Positions 49,318 to 61,661 of a stretch of 64,000 bases of DNA are shown here, piece by piece; position 1 is the first letter of the stretch; every line of letters begins with the position of its first letter. The notes under the pieces are model-generated. The model was not told the DNA's origin, searched no databases, and saw only the letters and a program-made list of their open reading frames with translations. The stretch spans positions 693,933 through 757,932 of the forward strand of contig ML996692.1 of assembly GCA_010356995.1 (NCBI GenBank), written 5' to 3'. Source of the DNA: Trichodelitschia bisporula. Taxonomy: Eukaryota. The position numbers and the translations under genes were made by a program.

Positions 49318-49956
49318 ATGGTAGCTAAAATTCAAAAGATTACTATCCTCCTGTAAGCTCTTTTCACCCACCTACCCTCTTCCGCCCTTCTCCCTACAAG
49401 GCCCAACGGCAGCAGTAGAGTTGTTCTGTCGCCCGCGAAGCCTAACGGCACGCGGACGATATTCAGCCAACCCTTTCCTAACCTAAACCGGAAGGCCCAA
49501 CAGCGCCGTATTTAAGTAATACCCTCTTCGGCTTGCCGGCTTTACCGCCCATACGATCGAATTCACCTACCCTCCCATCACGATCTAGCCCGACGGCAGA
49601 CGATCAAGATACCCTCCTCGGCCTGCCGGCTCTACAGTCCACGCGGTCGAGCCTACCTACTTTCTCGACTCGGTTCGCCCCGCCCAGCAGTACAGCAATC
49701 GAAACACCCTCTTCGGATCGCACAGCCCAACGGCCCATCGATCGGAACCCTCCTTCGATCCGTCGGCTCGCCAACCTATCTCCTCCCTTCGCTCACAGCT
49801 GTCTCTCTCCCCCCTTCGCTCGCAATCGTCTCTTTCAGTCATCGTCAATCGACACCTTTACCACCAAATGCCGCCCTAGATCAGCTCAGACCCCCCCTAC
49901 CAGCTCTCCTACAATAAAGCCACCGGGACGGAGGCATTTTTTAAGGTGTGGGAGAC

Positions 49957-50160
49957 TAATGTAGTTATAGAAGGAGGATTCTTATATAAGCAGAGATATG
50001 ATATAATGCGAGTATGATGGAGGAAGGAGCAGAGGAGGATACCTGGCATCGTATATTTAAACATCGAGAGTCTACGACTCTCTTCATCTTCTTCGTCTTT
50101 TATCAACTCTTTCACAATCACCATATTGTACACACGTGCCAGTGAGCCTGTGCTACAACG
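49957..50160 (+). repeat. 3' LTR
   Basis: TAATGTAG...CTACAACG; aligns end to end with the 5' LTR and differs mostly by transitions. Confidence 0.9.
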
Positions 50161-51320
50161 CGGGTGTCATGGTTCTGGCCATACACGGTGTGATGCCTCA
50201 GGCCATGATGTGGTCTGGGTGGCAGCACAGTACCGAGGTGACGTATGGGGACTAGCGCAGTCATGTGACTGGCGCCAAGCCCCCACACTGCGGTTATGCT
50301 TTCGCACACCCATCCCTGTAGATTACTTCTCCAACTCTTTATCATCGTCTCGAAGCAATCCATGGTTTTTGCACCGCTCTTCGCTGGCACCGTGACAGCG
50401 GGTGACGTGAGGATACCCCCGACCCGAAGGAGAAGGTAGAACTAAATTGGTGCGACTATTGGCTTGAGACGCCTTCCATCTGCCATGGTATGAGCTCAAT
50501 GTCTAAATGTGAGAGGGACAGTGTCATACTGCTATATCAACTCCTGCGGCGATTTGAACGCCTTCAAGTGGAGCGTGATGCGGTCTCCAGTTGCGAAGTG
50601 CCTGATACCGATTGCTCAATAGGCAAGTGCATGCGGTCCCCAGCCTGGGCCAAGACGCGGACCGATCTGGCGATGTTCGGGGGAATGAACCCCCGACTCG
50701 GGCACCGTCTGCCCTGGGCTCTAAATGCTAGGAAGTCATAGGTCCGTCTTGTAACCTGGTTCTACGGAATGAAGGGCTACGACTTTCATAGGCTGCTGCC
50801 TGAGGAGGGCAGTGCGGAGACCACCAACGTACATCATCCCATCGCCACGGGTCAGTTTATCGGCCCGCAGGCAAGGAAGGAATATGAATTCAGCCGCAGT
50901 CATGACACGTTTGGTACTCTCCAGGTATGGTGCTACAACACTCCGTTGGAAGTCTGTCATTCCGAAAGCGAAGTCGTGGGAGAACTATCCACCCGCTTAC
51001 GCTACGTCTGCGATAACACACGGGCTAGGCCACATTACTCCGTAGCGTATGTACTATGTGCATCACCATGAATTGGTATGCTGATGCCTGGAAGCGAGGT
51101 CAGCTATAAAAGGGAATAACTCTGCACGATGTAGAACCAATTATCAGCAAGAAGACAAACACGTATATAAGCACGAACAGACTTTTACTTCAACTCCTTC
51201 AGCCCCCGCACTTTGTCCAACAGCCAGTGCCAAAAGCTTACCGCTAAAGCTCATCCATCGATAACCTTAACCCCAAAGTCAATTCATCGTCAAATTGCCT
51301 GCTCTCACCTCAACTCCAAG

Positions 51321-52181
51321 ATGACTAGCACGAGCACGCCCACCCAGATCGCCGTCTTCGGCGCCACTGGCGGCTGCGCCGGCACAGCTACTGCCCACGC
51401 CCTCAAAGCCGGCTACAAAGTGACGGCCCGTGAGTCCTCTTATCTCTCCCATTTGAGAAAAGCCTTCCTAACCACCTCAGTTGCCCGAACGCCCTCTAAG
51501 CTCCGCGCCTTCCTGGAAACCCAGCACACCGTCCCGGCCGCCACCCTAGACAGCAACCTGACCATTGTGGAAGGCGCAATCCAAGACGCGCCCGCCGTTC
51601 TCGCCACCCTAACCCCGGCCCCTAGCACCATCCTCTTCGGCATCGGCGCCATCCCAAAACTCGCAGCAAACCGCCACCTCTTGAAACTCGACGACCCGCA
51701 CATCTGCAGCAACGGCATAGAAGCCGTGCTCGCCGCCCTCCGCACCCAGCAAGCCGCCGACCCGTCCACGCCCCGGCCCTTCATCGCCGTGATATCGACC
51801 ACCGGCCTCAGCGCCAGGCGCGACGTCCCCCTCCTGCTGTACCCCCTGTATCACGTCTTCCTCGCGGAGCCGCACGTCGACAAGCGCGCTATGGAAGCCG
51901 CCGTTGCGCGGGCGAGTGTCGCCCCTGACTCGCTCGTGCGCGGGTTCGTGGTGCTTCGCCCGACGCTGCTGACGGATGGGCGCGGGGTTGGGACGGCGAA
52001 GGTGCGTGCTGGGTGGGAGCGGCATCCCGATGCGCCTGGCGCAGCTGAGGGGGAGGACCCGACGCCACCGGCTATGGGATATGCGATTTCCCGCGCGGAT
52101 GTGGGCGCGTGGATCTGGGAGGAGGTCTTGAGGGATCAGGGGCAGAAGTGGGCGGGGAAGTGTGTTTCCTTGGCATGTTAA
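51321..52181 (+). CDS. NAD(P)-binding Rossmann oxidoreductase (atypical SDR / flavin reductase BVR-B-like), 1 intron at 51430-51480
   Basis: IAVFGATGGCA, ALARTPSKL, ISTTG, PHVDKRAME, VLRPTLLTDG, GYAISRADVGAWI. Confidence 0.88.
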   Translation: MTSTSTPTQIAVFGATGGCAGTATAHALKAGYKVTARESSYLSHLRKAFLTTSVARTPSKLRAFLETQHTVPAATLDSNLTIVEGAIQDAPAVLATLTPAPSTILFGIGAIPKLAANRHLLKLDDPHICSNGIEAVLAALRTQQAADPSTPRPFIAVISTTGLSARRDVPLLLYPLYHVFLAEPHVDKRAMEAAVARASVAPDSLVRGFVVLRPTLLTDGRGVGTAKVRAGWERHPDAPGAAEGEDPTPPAMGYAISRADVGAWIWEEVLRDQGQKWAGKCVSLAC

Positions 52182-52980
52182 TGCGGGATTTGAGTCCCAA
52201 GGACTGGCCTCAAAAGGCATTGCTCGATAGAAGTGCCGATAGATAACCCGCGCGTTCGGCGCCGTCTTCTCTCTACGTCGTTATGTATCTTCAATTATAC
52301 TATAGATCGCACCGTAATATTTATAGCACACCCCATTTTTTTACAACTGCATGACGTGCATAAGTCACCGAGCCGAGATGGGAGATCTCCTGGACGTACG
52401 AAAGGTGTCAAGTGGAATACATGAACAGAAAATGGTGGCAAGGGATGATGACAGCAGATACCAAATGGCGAGGCGAGAATCGCCAACTCGATCACACATT
52501 TCTCGCATCTTGAGCTTCCTCTTCAGGTGCGAAAGTATTTCGTCCATAATCCAGCCTCCCAAATGAGGGTACAGATAGGCATCTACGGCTGAAATAGCTA
52601 CATTACCCTCAGCTCTCTAAGCAAAGCTACCGTGGCATCGAAGCGGTAGTCAGCCTGACGAACGCGCAAAAGCCGCTGATATGGCGCAATGTGGAGACGA
52701 AGGACTAGCTTCCGGCCACTCCCCCGGATCCCAAGTCTAAGACCCTAACTAGCGCTCGTTGGTGGGCCGCTATCATGACATCCTAACTCCAATTGAAATA
52801 GCGCCTACGGAAATAACTACCGTACATGGTGGGGGTCCAAGGCTGAGGCGGTACGGTAAGCCATAAGAAGGGAACGAACGATGCAGATAGTACACATCCT
52901 CTGCAGAGTTACGCATATTTCCCCCTCCAGAGTCTCACTCCAATCGCTGAACCCCATCTCTGCCTTTACACCTCAAGCAA

Positions 52981-53529
52981 ATGGCCTCCAACCGGACCGG
53001 CGGTTGCCCCTGCGGCACCGTCCGCTACACCCTCACCGCACCACCCTTGGTGGTAAACTGCTGCCACTGCAACCTGTGCAAGAAACAAACCGGCGTCGCT
53101 TTCACCACCAACATCATTATCGAAGCCAGCCACTTCGTCCTCGACCTCAGCACCCCTCCGCTCCTCTCCGTCGCGGTAGATACACCCTCCGGTAACGGCC
53201 AGCTGCGCAAACACTGCCCCAAGTGTCTGACCTGCGTTGTGAGCGAATACGGTGGCAGCTTTGGGGGACCGTTCATTCAGTATGTGAAGATTGGGACACT
53301 GGATCCGGAGTTCCAGGCTGGGATAAGGCCTGATGCTTTTGTTTTTGTCAAGGAGAAACTGAACTGGATTGGACTTCCGGAGGGAGCCAGGGCTTTCCCA
53401 GAGTTTTATGACTTTGCGAAGGGCGGTGTGTGGTCGGAGGAAAGCATCAAGAGGAGGGAGAAGCTGTTGCCTCAGATCAATGAATGGGTGGAAAAAGGCG
53501 AAAAGTTCAAGGTCGGGGAGATATACTGA
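52981..53529 (+). CDS. GFA/CENP-V (Mss4-like) zinc-binding protein
   Basis: TGGCPCGTVRY...NCCHCNLCKKQTG...RKHCPKC...VKIGTLD. Confidence 0.9.
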   Translation: MASNRTGGCPCGTVRYTLTAPPLVVNCCHCNLCKKQTGVAFTTNIIIEASHFVLDLSTPPLLSVAVDTPSGNGQLRKHCPKCLTCVVSEYGGSFGGPFIQYVKIGTLDPEFQAGIRPDAFVFVKEKLNWIGLPEGARAFPEFYDFAKGGVWSEESIKRREKLLPQINEWVEKGEKFKVGEIY

Positions 53530-53934
53530 AAGGTGAAGCTCTTAAGTAGATAGCTGCGGACAGTCATCACCCAAAAGTCATTCATTTTAAGGGGCACTCA
53601 TTGTATTTATCTAATTACAAGCCGGTCATCGTCGACCAGACACCCGTGGACAAAACAAGAGACGCCAGTTCGCCAACAGACAAGCCGTGTACGCAGAGAG
53701 ATCATCAGGCCGTGAATCGTAGACCATCACCGACACCTGAAAACCAGACCGTATCAGAGCAAGGGGTATCTCAAACCGAGACTCCAAACTCCTCATTGAA
53801 ACCAGTCCTCGCAGACATTAGTAGCCGCCGTGAGGGCAGAAAGCACATGGGTTAGTAGTACATCCGTCATCCATCCCGATCAAACGCCGATCCATTGAAG
53901 TTCAGTGCAAAGCCGAGCACAAATGCCGACGAGT

Positions 53935-55700
53935 TTAGCGAATTACGGAGGACGACATGATGTCGTTCTCCTTGCGCGCACTCATCACCAGGCTAGGCGC
54001 ACCAGCCTTCTTCTCAAAGATCTTCCAGAACTTAAGGCTCTCGTCCGCGGCCGCAGTGGCGAGGATCTGGCCATCGGGACTTAAGCTGGAGTGAAGGACG
54101 CGGCTCTCGTGGGCCGGAATCTCGATGTTCTTGACAAGAGTCGGGTACTGCCAGATGGAAATGCTGTTATCCGGGAAGCCCGAGGTCGAAGCAATCTCCT
54201 TGTAGCTGGTGCTCCAGCGGAGGCTGGTCACCTGGCTGCCTGTATCGATAGAGTTGACGCGAGCACCAGTGGTAGTGTTCCAGAAATGGATCTGGCGATC
54301 GTGGCTACCGCCACCGGTGGCCAGGAGGTTGTGCTGCCACGGGCACCAGGAGAGGGCCTTGACAGCGGCGTTGTGGTTCGTCTTCTGGAACTTGGGGGCC
54401 TGCAGGGAGCGAGCATCCCAGATGGACACGAGATTGTCGTTGCCGCCCGAGGCAAGCTGGGCGCCGTCGCCGCGCCACTCCAGACCGCAGATCTCGCCGG
54501 TATGCGACTCGAGAGTGCCGATCTTGTGCTGGGCAATACGAACGTCATGGTTGAACAGCCAGCCGTTGCGAGCGCCCGTAGTGAGCTGATGCTTGTTCCA
54601 GCCTTGAAAATGTTAGACTGATATAGTGAGCGGTTGGAAGAAAACTTACTCATGGCGCTGACACGAGTCTCATGGCCATACATGCTCCGGAGCTTGGTCT
54701 GGTCCTCAACGTCCCAGATCTGAACCTCACCAGTGCCAATGCCAACGCTGACGTAGGCGCCATCGTTGCTCCACTTGAGGGAGGAGACGTAGGTATCAGC
54801 CGAGGTCTCGAAGAGAGAGGCGACATTGCCAGTGTCGGCCGACCAGATGTAGACGGACTGCCCAAGGCCGATTGCGACCTGGTTGTTGCAGGACCAGTCA
54901 AGCAGGTTCAGGTAGTAGTCATCAACGAGGTTGGGAGCATCTAAAACACGGTCTGGCGAGGTCAGGATGCGGCGCCTAAACTGCGCGTTGAGACCGGCCG
55001 GCTTGAGCGGGCGGCTGTATTGCGCGCGGAGGTCGACAGGTCGGCTCGACTCGGGAGGCGCAGGCTTAAAGGCGAGAATGCGCGTGTTGAGATTGAGACC
55101 GCAAGCTTGCGCAACACTCGACTCGTAGGCCTTGGTGTTGGGAGACTTCTTTTCACTGGTGTTCTCCTCCCGATCGATGCTGAGGCCGTCAATGCCCCGG
55201 CCCAAGAGATCATCGCGCATGCTGATGTCGAAGGCACTTGATGCAAGGATAGACGAGCCTTCCTGGACTTTGGACGAGCTCGACTTGGGGCGACTCTCCA
55301 CCTTCCCGGTTCCGATGTTGCAGATGGCCTCGCTGGCGCTGCGGTTGGGGACGAAGCGATCTGCAGCGTTGTACGCGATGCGCACACTCGACTTCTGGGG
55401 ACGCGAGCGGTTGTTGCGAGACTTGACCGGCGTGCCGGTGCTCGTCAGAGCAAACTCGGATAGATCGGAGTCAAGGCGTTTCGGAGAGGCCTTTGCAATG
55501 TTCGACTTTCCGATCTTCTTCGCGGCAGACTTCGAGCCAGCCGTTGCAAAGAGCGGCGTGGTGTGGATGGATGGGACGTTGGAGGTCTGCATCGGTGATG
55601 GTTTCGGTTTGGGTGAGGGTGTCAATGGCATACGACCTCCAGCCATGCGAGTGGAGAAGACTCTACCCTTGGTGGGAGTGCAGACGTCGACAGAGGCCAT
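53935..55700 (-). CDS. CDC20: APC/C activator Cdc20/Slp1, 1 intron
   Basis: C-box DRFVPNR, RILAFK, RVLDAPNLVDDYYLNLLDWS, WD repeats, C-terminal IR tail. Confidence 0.95.
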
Positions 55701-57019
55701 TGCTAGTACGTTGCGAGACCGATGGATAGCGGTTGTGTTATGGGAATGTGTGGAAAAGTGCTGGCAATAATGCTAACTTAGATTTGGAAGCGTGATGAGA
55801 GTGCTTGACTGGGGAGCAGCACTGAGAAAGGTGTAGGTGGAGAGTTGAGTGTGGAGTTTGGAGTAGCAGTATGAGGACGTGAAGGTGCCTTTAAATCCGT
55901 TGTTGGGCAACACTGGTTGCCAGGGAAGCAGCAATGGCCTTGTCCCCAGCCCCGCAGCGGCATCGGCGGAAGCATGTTCCGATGGTCCCAGCCACTGGTG
56001 GGAGGGGCAACGGTGGCGCATGTGGGTTTGGAGCTTGGACGCCAAGCTGAGCTGTGCTGGAACACACGGTAACGACGTTTTAGCGCCGCAAAAGGCACAA
56101 AAGCATCCTGCACGATGAGAACGTGCGCGGGGCTAGGCGTGAAAAAGTGCCGGAAGCTATCACAATTGGAGTAGCATGTCTCTCGCGTTGCTAGGATACA
56201 ATGGTGCAGTAGTCGCTCGAAAGTCGGACCTCCTTGTGCGGAGTCCCGCTTGGATATTTCCCCATCAATGCAAACTCTGTGCGGGATACAGGCACCAGGA
56301 CATCCGTACTCTCGTCCCGTTTGAAGATGTGCTGTAAGTGCCGTGATCTCTTGTTATCTAGCTTGGATGATATGTGCCTCACTCCTCCTCATGACATTCC
56401 TTCTCCGTATGCAGCAAGGCCATGTCGTCTCATCGTCGATGCTTATTGGCCGCATGCGGAAACTCAAGAGCTGCGGCCGAATTTAACAGCGATAAGCATG
56501 CATCGATTGACGCTCGAAGCCAACCGCCAGACCTCCCCCAGCATCTCGAGCTAAGGACGCCGTTGAAGCTCCGGTCTCCAGCAAGCTTTATCGATGATCC
56601 AGACTCCCTCTTTCCATACCACTTCAGCTCAAGTGCTTTTCGTAACCGTATGCTCCCCCTCCTAAAGCCTCTCGTCAACGCGTTTGGGTACCGTAAGCTT
56701 CCATTGCGTCGTCGCTGCATCCTGCATCTCTCCACGGTCACATGCAAGTCAAACCGTACCGTATACGGATGTACTCCAGGCAAGTGGCATCGGCTACTCG
56801 GCCACACGCCAACCTGTGCCATGACGTTACTCTACAAAACTTGGAATTGGACCAGATGGAAAGGCGGGAAAGGAGGGGGCTTGTACGGATGCATGCCAAG
56901 TAGGACAAGGGAAACCGAGCTGCCCTTGAAATTGTTCTGCTAGGCAAGCACGGCAAGGTGGGGTTTTCCCCTCTCGCTACGGGGTAATTGATCTAAAAAC
57001 TCCTACATCCGTAGCTCCA

Positions 57020-57161
57020 CAGCAGGCTTAAAGTTAAGGTTAACAGTTGTTCTCACGATTGCTGTTTATCTCCCCGTCGAAGTCAGGTTAAAATACCGCT
57101 AACCTGACTTCGACGGGAACAATCGTCTTCTTAAGTGTCAACCTGAACTTAAAACCTGCTG
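57020..57161. mobile_element. 142-bp foldback / MITE-like element
   Basis: Termini CAGCAGG...CCTGCTG, ~29-bp imperfect outer arms, perfect 18-bp inner arms (57073-57090 / 57100-57117), TA on the right flank and CA on the left. Confidence 0.6.
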
Positions 57162-57654
57162 TAGTCAGCCGTCCCCCCAGGCTTGCTGGCTTATGACACC
57201 ATGTGCGCAACGTATGAGCGGGAGGATTTGGAGCTGAATGGAAAGTGGTTTGCATGCGTCCAGGAATAATACCGTATGACCTGATGGCTTGATTGGAATG
57301 CCCTTCGAACTACCCACGCCACCCTGTTCGTTCCTGCCCCGAGACGCCTAATTCCTCCCTGTCTGTTGCTTCCGCCGGACCACCTCTAGGGTGAAAGCCC
57401 CTCCTTTGTGTCAACCCTGGGCTTTACCGTGCTTTGACTTTGCTCTGGTGTACTACGTATGCCGCAGCCAACCCCACATTCCCAATCGCCATTCATAACG
57501 TTGCCCGCCCCTCCATTTTTCCATTTCCCCTCTTGGTCCCCTCAATCCCTCTCTGATCTTCACTTGCCAGTTACCTTTTGACTCTCTCCTGGACCCTTTT
57601 GTTCCTTTCTTGTGAATCCGACGATCCAGAGCTACCCCTCACCCTACCCTTACC

Positions 57655-60600
57655 ATGTCCACTTCTGAAGAGCGGAGACCTCCCGCTCTGCGGGAGCGGA
57701 GACCGTCGATGAGTGCGCCGGTGTCAGACATCTATGAGCATGTTGGACCGACTTTCACGAGGCCGAAGCACAAGAGAACCGCGACTGGATTTGGCGCTTC
57801 TGAAATCAAGGCCGTTGAAGCTGCCATTCCCGAGCCTCAGCGGGCCGCGTAAGTGAACTCAACTTTCCGCAAACTTCACAGCTGCTAATAGCGGACACAG
57901 ATGGATCAAGCATGTCCGTCTCGTCCATTGAATGTAATCAACATTACCCTGACTAGAACAGACTCCCAAACCTTTCAGCACTCCCGAGGAGTTCGAGGTG
58001 AGCTTCAACGTCCGCGCGGTGTCGAGTACCAGGCTGAGACATGTGTAGAAAGATGCGATTAGGCATATCGAGACGACCCTCGCGCGGTCGATGTACAATT
58101 GCGATGAATTGTGAGAGATTGTCATTCCCCTTATTTTCAACACTAACTGGAAAGGGCCGCATATTCGGGAACTGCACTTGCGTTTCGTGATCGCTTGATC
58201 ATGAGCTGGAACCAAACGCAACAGCAGCACACCTTTGCGGACCAGAAGAGGGTCTACTGTAAGGAAAACCCTCTGTCTATCCATATGCGCGACTAATATG
58301 TAACAGACCTCTCGCTAGAATTTCTCATGGGGAGAGCATTGGACAATGCCATGCTGAATGTTGGGCAAAAAGACGTGGCTGCAAGTGTGTATTCCATACC
58401 CTGGCGGCAACACTTAATGCTAACAGCTATGCAGAGGGCCTTGCCGATCTCGGATTCCGGATAGAGGATATCATCAACCAGGAACACGACGCTGCACTCG
58501 GAAACGGCGGTCTCGGGCGCCTTGCAGCGTGCTTCTTGGACAGCTTGGCTTCGCTCGACTTTCCTGCTTGGGGCTACGGCCTTCGCTACCGCTATGGTAT
58601 CTTTAAGCAAGAAATCATCGATGGCTACCAAGTGGAAGTCCCAGACTACTGGCTCGATTTCAATCCCTGGGAGTTCCCGCGTCACGATGTCGCCGTGGAT
58701 ATCCAATTCTATGGTCATGTCAACAGGTACCAGTATGTGTAAGCTTGAAATACCTGATGGCTCTTGCTGACTGCGCCTTAAGAAATGATGAAGGCAAAAC
58801 AGTTTCCCAGTGGGAAGGCGGCGAAATCGTACGTGCTGTAGCATATGATGTGCCGGGTAAGCGAGCCCTTTCGCGTTGCCCGTCCGTGATACTGACTTGA
58901 CGAAGTTCCCGGGTATGGGACGGAAACTACCAACAACCTTCGCTTGTGGTCCAGCAAGGCTGCCAGTGGAGAATTCGACTTCCAGAAGTTTAACTCCGGA
59001 GAATATGAGAGCTCCGTGGCAGATCAGCAACGTGCTGAGACCATCTCTGCAGTTCTTTACCCTAACGACAAGTAAGAAGCAAATTCCTGTGGTTTGGCAA
59101 AACTGACCTATTCCCAGCCTTGACCGCGGTAAAGAGCTTCGCCTCAAGCAGCAATACTTCTGGTGTGCTGCTTCTCTCCATGATATCGTCCGGCGCTTCA
59201 AGAAGGGCGGCCATGCTTGGAAGGACTTTCCCAACCAGGTGGCAATCCAGCTGAACGATACTCATCCCACTCTCGCCATTCCTGAGCTTCAGCGGATCCT
59301 TGTTGACGTCGAGGGTTTAGAGTGGGACGAGGCTTGGATCATCGTTCACAAGACGTTTAGCTACACCAACCACACCGTGCTTCCGGAAGCATTGGAAAAG
59401 TGGTCCGTTCCGCTGATGCAACTTCTACTCCCCCGCCACTTGCAAATCATCTACGACATCAATCTCCAGTTCCTGCAGTTTGTTGAGCGTACCTTCCCCA
59501 AGGAACGCGAGGTCCTTTCCCGTGTTTCGATCATTGAAGAATCTCAGCCCAAGATGGTCCGCATGGCCTATCTTGCCGTTATTGGATCGCACAAGGTGAA
59601 CGGTGTGGCGGAGCTGCATTCCGACCTCATCAAAACGACCATCTTCCAGGACTTTGTCAAGATCTATGGACCTGACAAATTTACCAACGTCACCAATGGC
59701 ATCACTCCTCGTCGCTGGCTTCATCAAGCCAATCCCCGTCTTTCAGCGCTCATTGCCTCGAAACTTGGCAGCTATGACTTCCTCAAGGACCTGACGCAGC
59801 TAAACAAGGTTGAGAATTTTGTGCAGGATCAGGAGTTCCGGAAGGAATGGCGCGAAATCAAGTTAGCCAACAAGGCTCGTCTTGCTAAGCATATCAAGGA
59901 TACCACGGGTCTTGAGGTTGACCCGAAGGCTCTATTTGACATCCAGGTCAAGCGGATTCACGAGTACAAGCGGCAGCAGCTGAACATCTTCGGCGTCATC
60001 CACCGCTGGCTCGCGCTGAAGGCCCTGAGCCCGGAGGAGAGGAAGGCGACGGTCCCTCGCGTATTCATTTTCGGCGGCAAGGCCGCACCTGGCTACTGGA
60101 TGGCCAAAACCGTTATCCATCTCATCAACCAAGTCGGCAAGGTCATCAATGCGGATTCTGACGTCGGTGATCTTCTGAAGGTGGTTTTCGTCGAGGATTA
60201 CAACGTCAGTAAGGCTGAAATCATTGTGCCGGCGTCCGACATCAGCGAGCACATTTCCACTGCCGGTACCGAGGCGAGTGGTACCAGTAACATGAAGTTT
60301 GTCCTGAACGGCGGCCTCATCATTGGGACGTGCGATGGTGCCAACGTAAGTGATGTGTTCCGGCAGCGCAGCCGAGCTAACTGGGGTGCAGATAGAAATA
60401 ACTCGCGAGATCGGTGAGAACAACATTTTCCTCTTCGGTAACCTTGCCGAGGACGTCGAGGAACTCCGCCACGGCCACCTCTACGGCAACTATCAACTGG
60501 ACGAGGGTCTGGCGAAGGTATTCGACGAGATCCGCAACGGCAGGTTCGGTGATGCGCAGGCGTTCACTGCGCTCATCAATGCTATTGTCGATCACGGCGA

Positions 60601-60817
60601 CTACTACCTCGTGTCCGACGACTTTAACAGCTACTGCAAGACCCAGGAGCTGATCGACGAGGCTTACAAGGACCAAGAGGAGTGGTTAACCAAGTCCATC
60701 ACCAGTGTTGCTAGGATGGGTTTCTTCTCAAGTGACCGTTGCATCGAGGAGTATGCGGAGACGATCTGGAATCTCGAGCCTCAGAAGCCGAAGGAGTCTG
60801 CAGCGCTTGATGCGTAA
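57655..60817 (+). CDS. GPH1: Glycogen phosphorylase, ~10 introns
   Basis: [11 protein letters not shown] (phosphorylation region), [49 protein letters not shown] site [10 protein letters not shown]. Confidence 0.98.
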
Positions 60818-61661
60818 TGGAAGCAGACGGATACATGGCTGTATCTTAATGGGAAGGACTGCTTTGGATGAAATTGCAATTCGAGAGTACCTGTGATGTT
60901 CGTAGCGCTCAATTTCCATCCTGAAGCATGAGAGAAGGAACAGGGGCAAAGCAAGCAAAGTGTCAACTGTGGAATCCAAATGTCCAAATTACATCGTACA
61001 TGAAGTTTGGTAGTTCGTGGACGAGTGTCGTGAGCGCATAGCCCAAGGGCTCCAAAGGGCTCAAACGATCAAGGGCCTCATGATAAATCATGGCCGCTGT
61101 TTCTCTGCACAACCGTACATTAGTGTATGCAACAACTTTTCTGCTCCGTTGTACCTTCCCGAAGGAGTCACGGGCCTTGGGCGGGTCGGGCATAGGAAAA
61201 GCTTGGTATTTCGCCTCCAGTTGGTCCGAGCACTCCGTCCCACCCCGACCCCACACATTAGATTTGGGTACCACTCAGTGCCGCTCTGTCCGCTGTCCAC
61301 GACACATTGCTCCTCCATTCACCCAGCCAACCTTTTCCCCACTAAATTTTCGAAAGTCCCCATCATCCACGCCACCCTGGAAACTACCTGCAACCTGGAA
61401 ATAGTGCGTACAAGCCAAACTTTTGAACTTGCCGGGTTTTCATGAATGTCTCTCGCTGTCAAAGCACACTACCCTTCCGTACCGCCTCCACCACTGATAC
61501 ACCCGCTCCCGGACCCAACTTAGCTGCTGGTTTCTCACCCTCCATTTTCTCGCGCACTTTATTGAACGCGCCTTAAAATCACGCTAACCGGAAAGACTTC
61601 TTACCAAATCGTCTCACAGACCTACCCCACCCTCGCGAGCAAACACACCCAACGACGCAAG

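Larger units (their letters stand above)
49114..50160 (+). mobile_element. Complete non-autonomous LTR retroelement (TRIM-like), 1047 bp
   Basis: Two 204-bp direct repeats; TSD CGGGT at 49109-49113 and 50161-50165; PBS-like TGGTAGC at 49319; PPT-like AAGGTGTGGGAGAC at 49943-49956; 639-bp interior with no recognisable pol. Confidence 0.9.
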
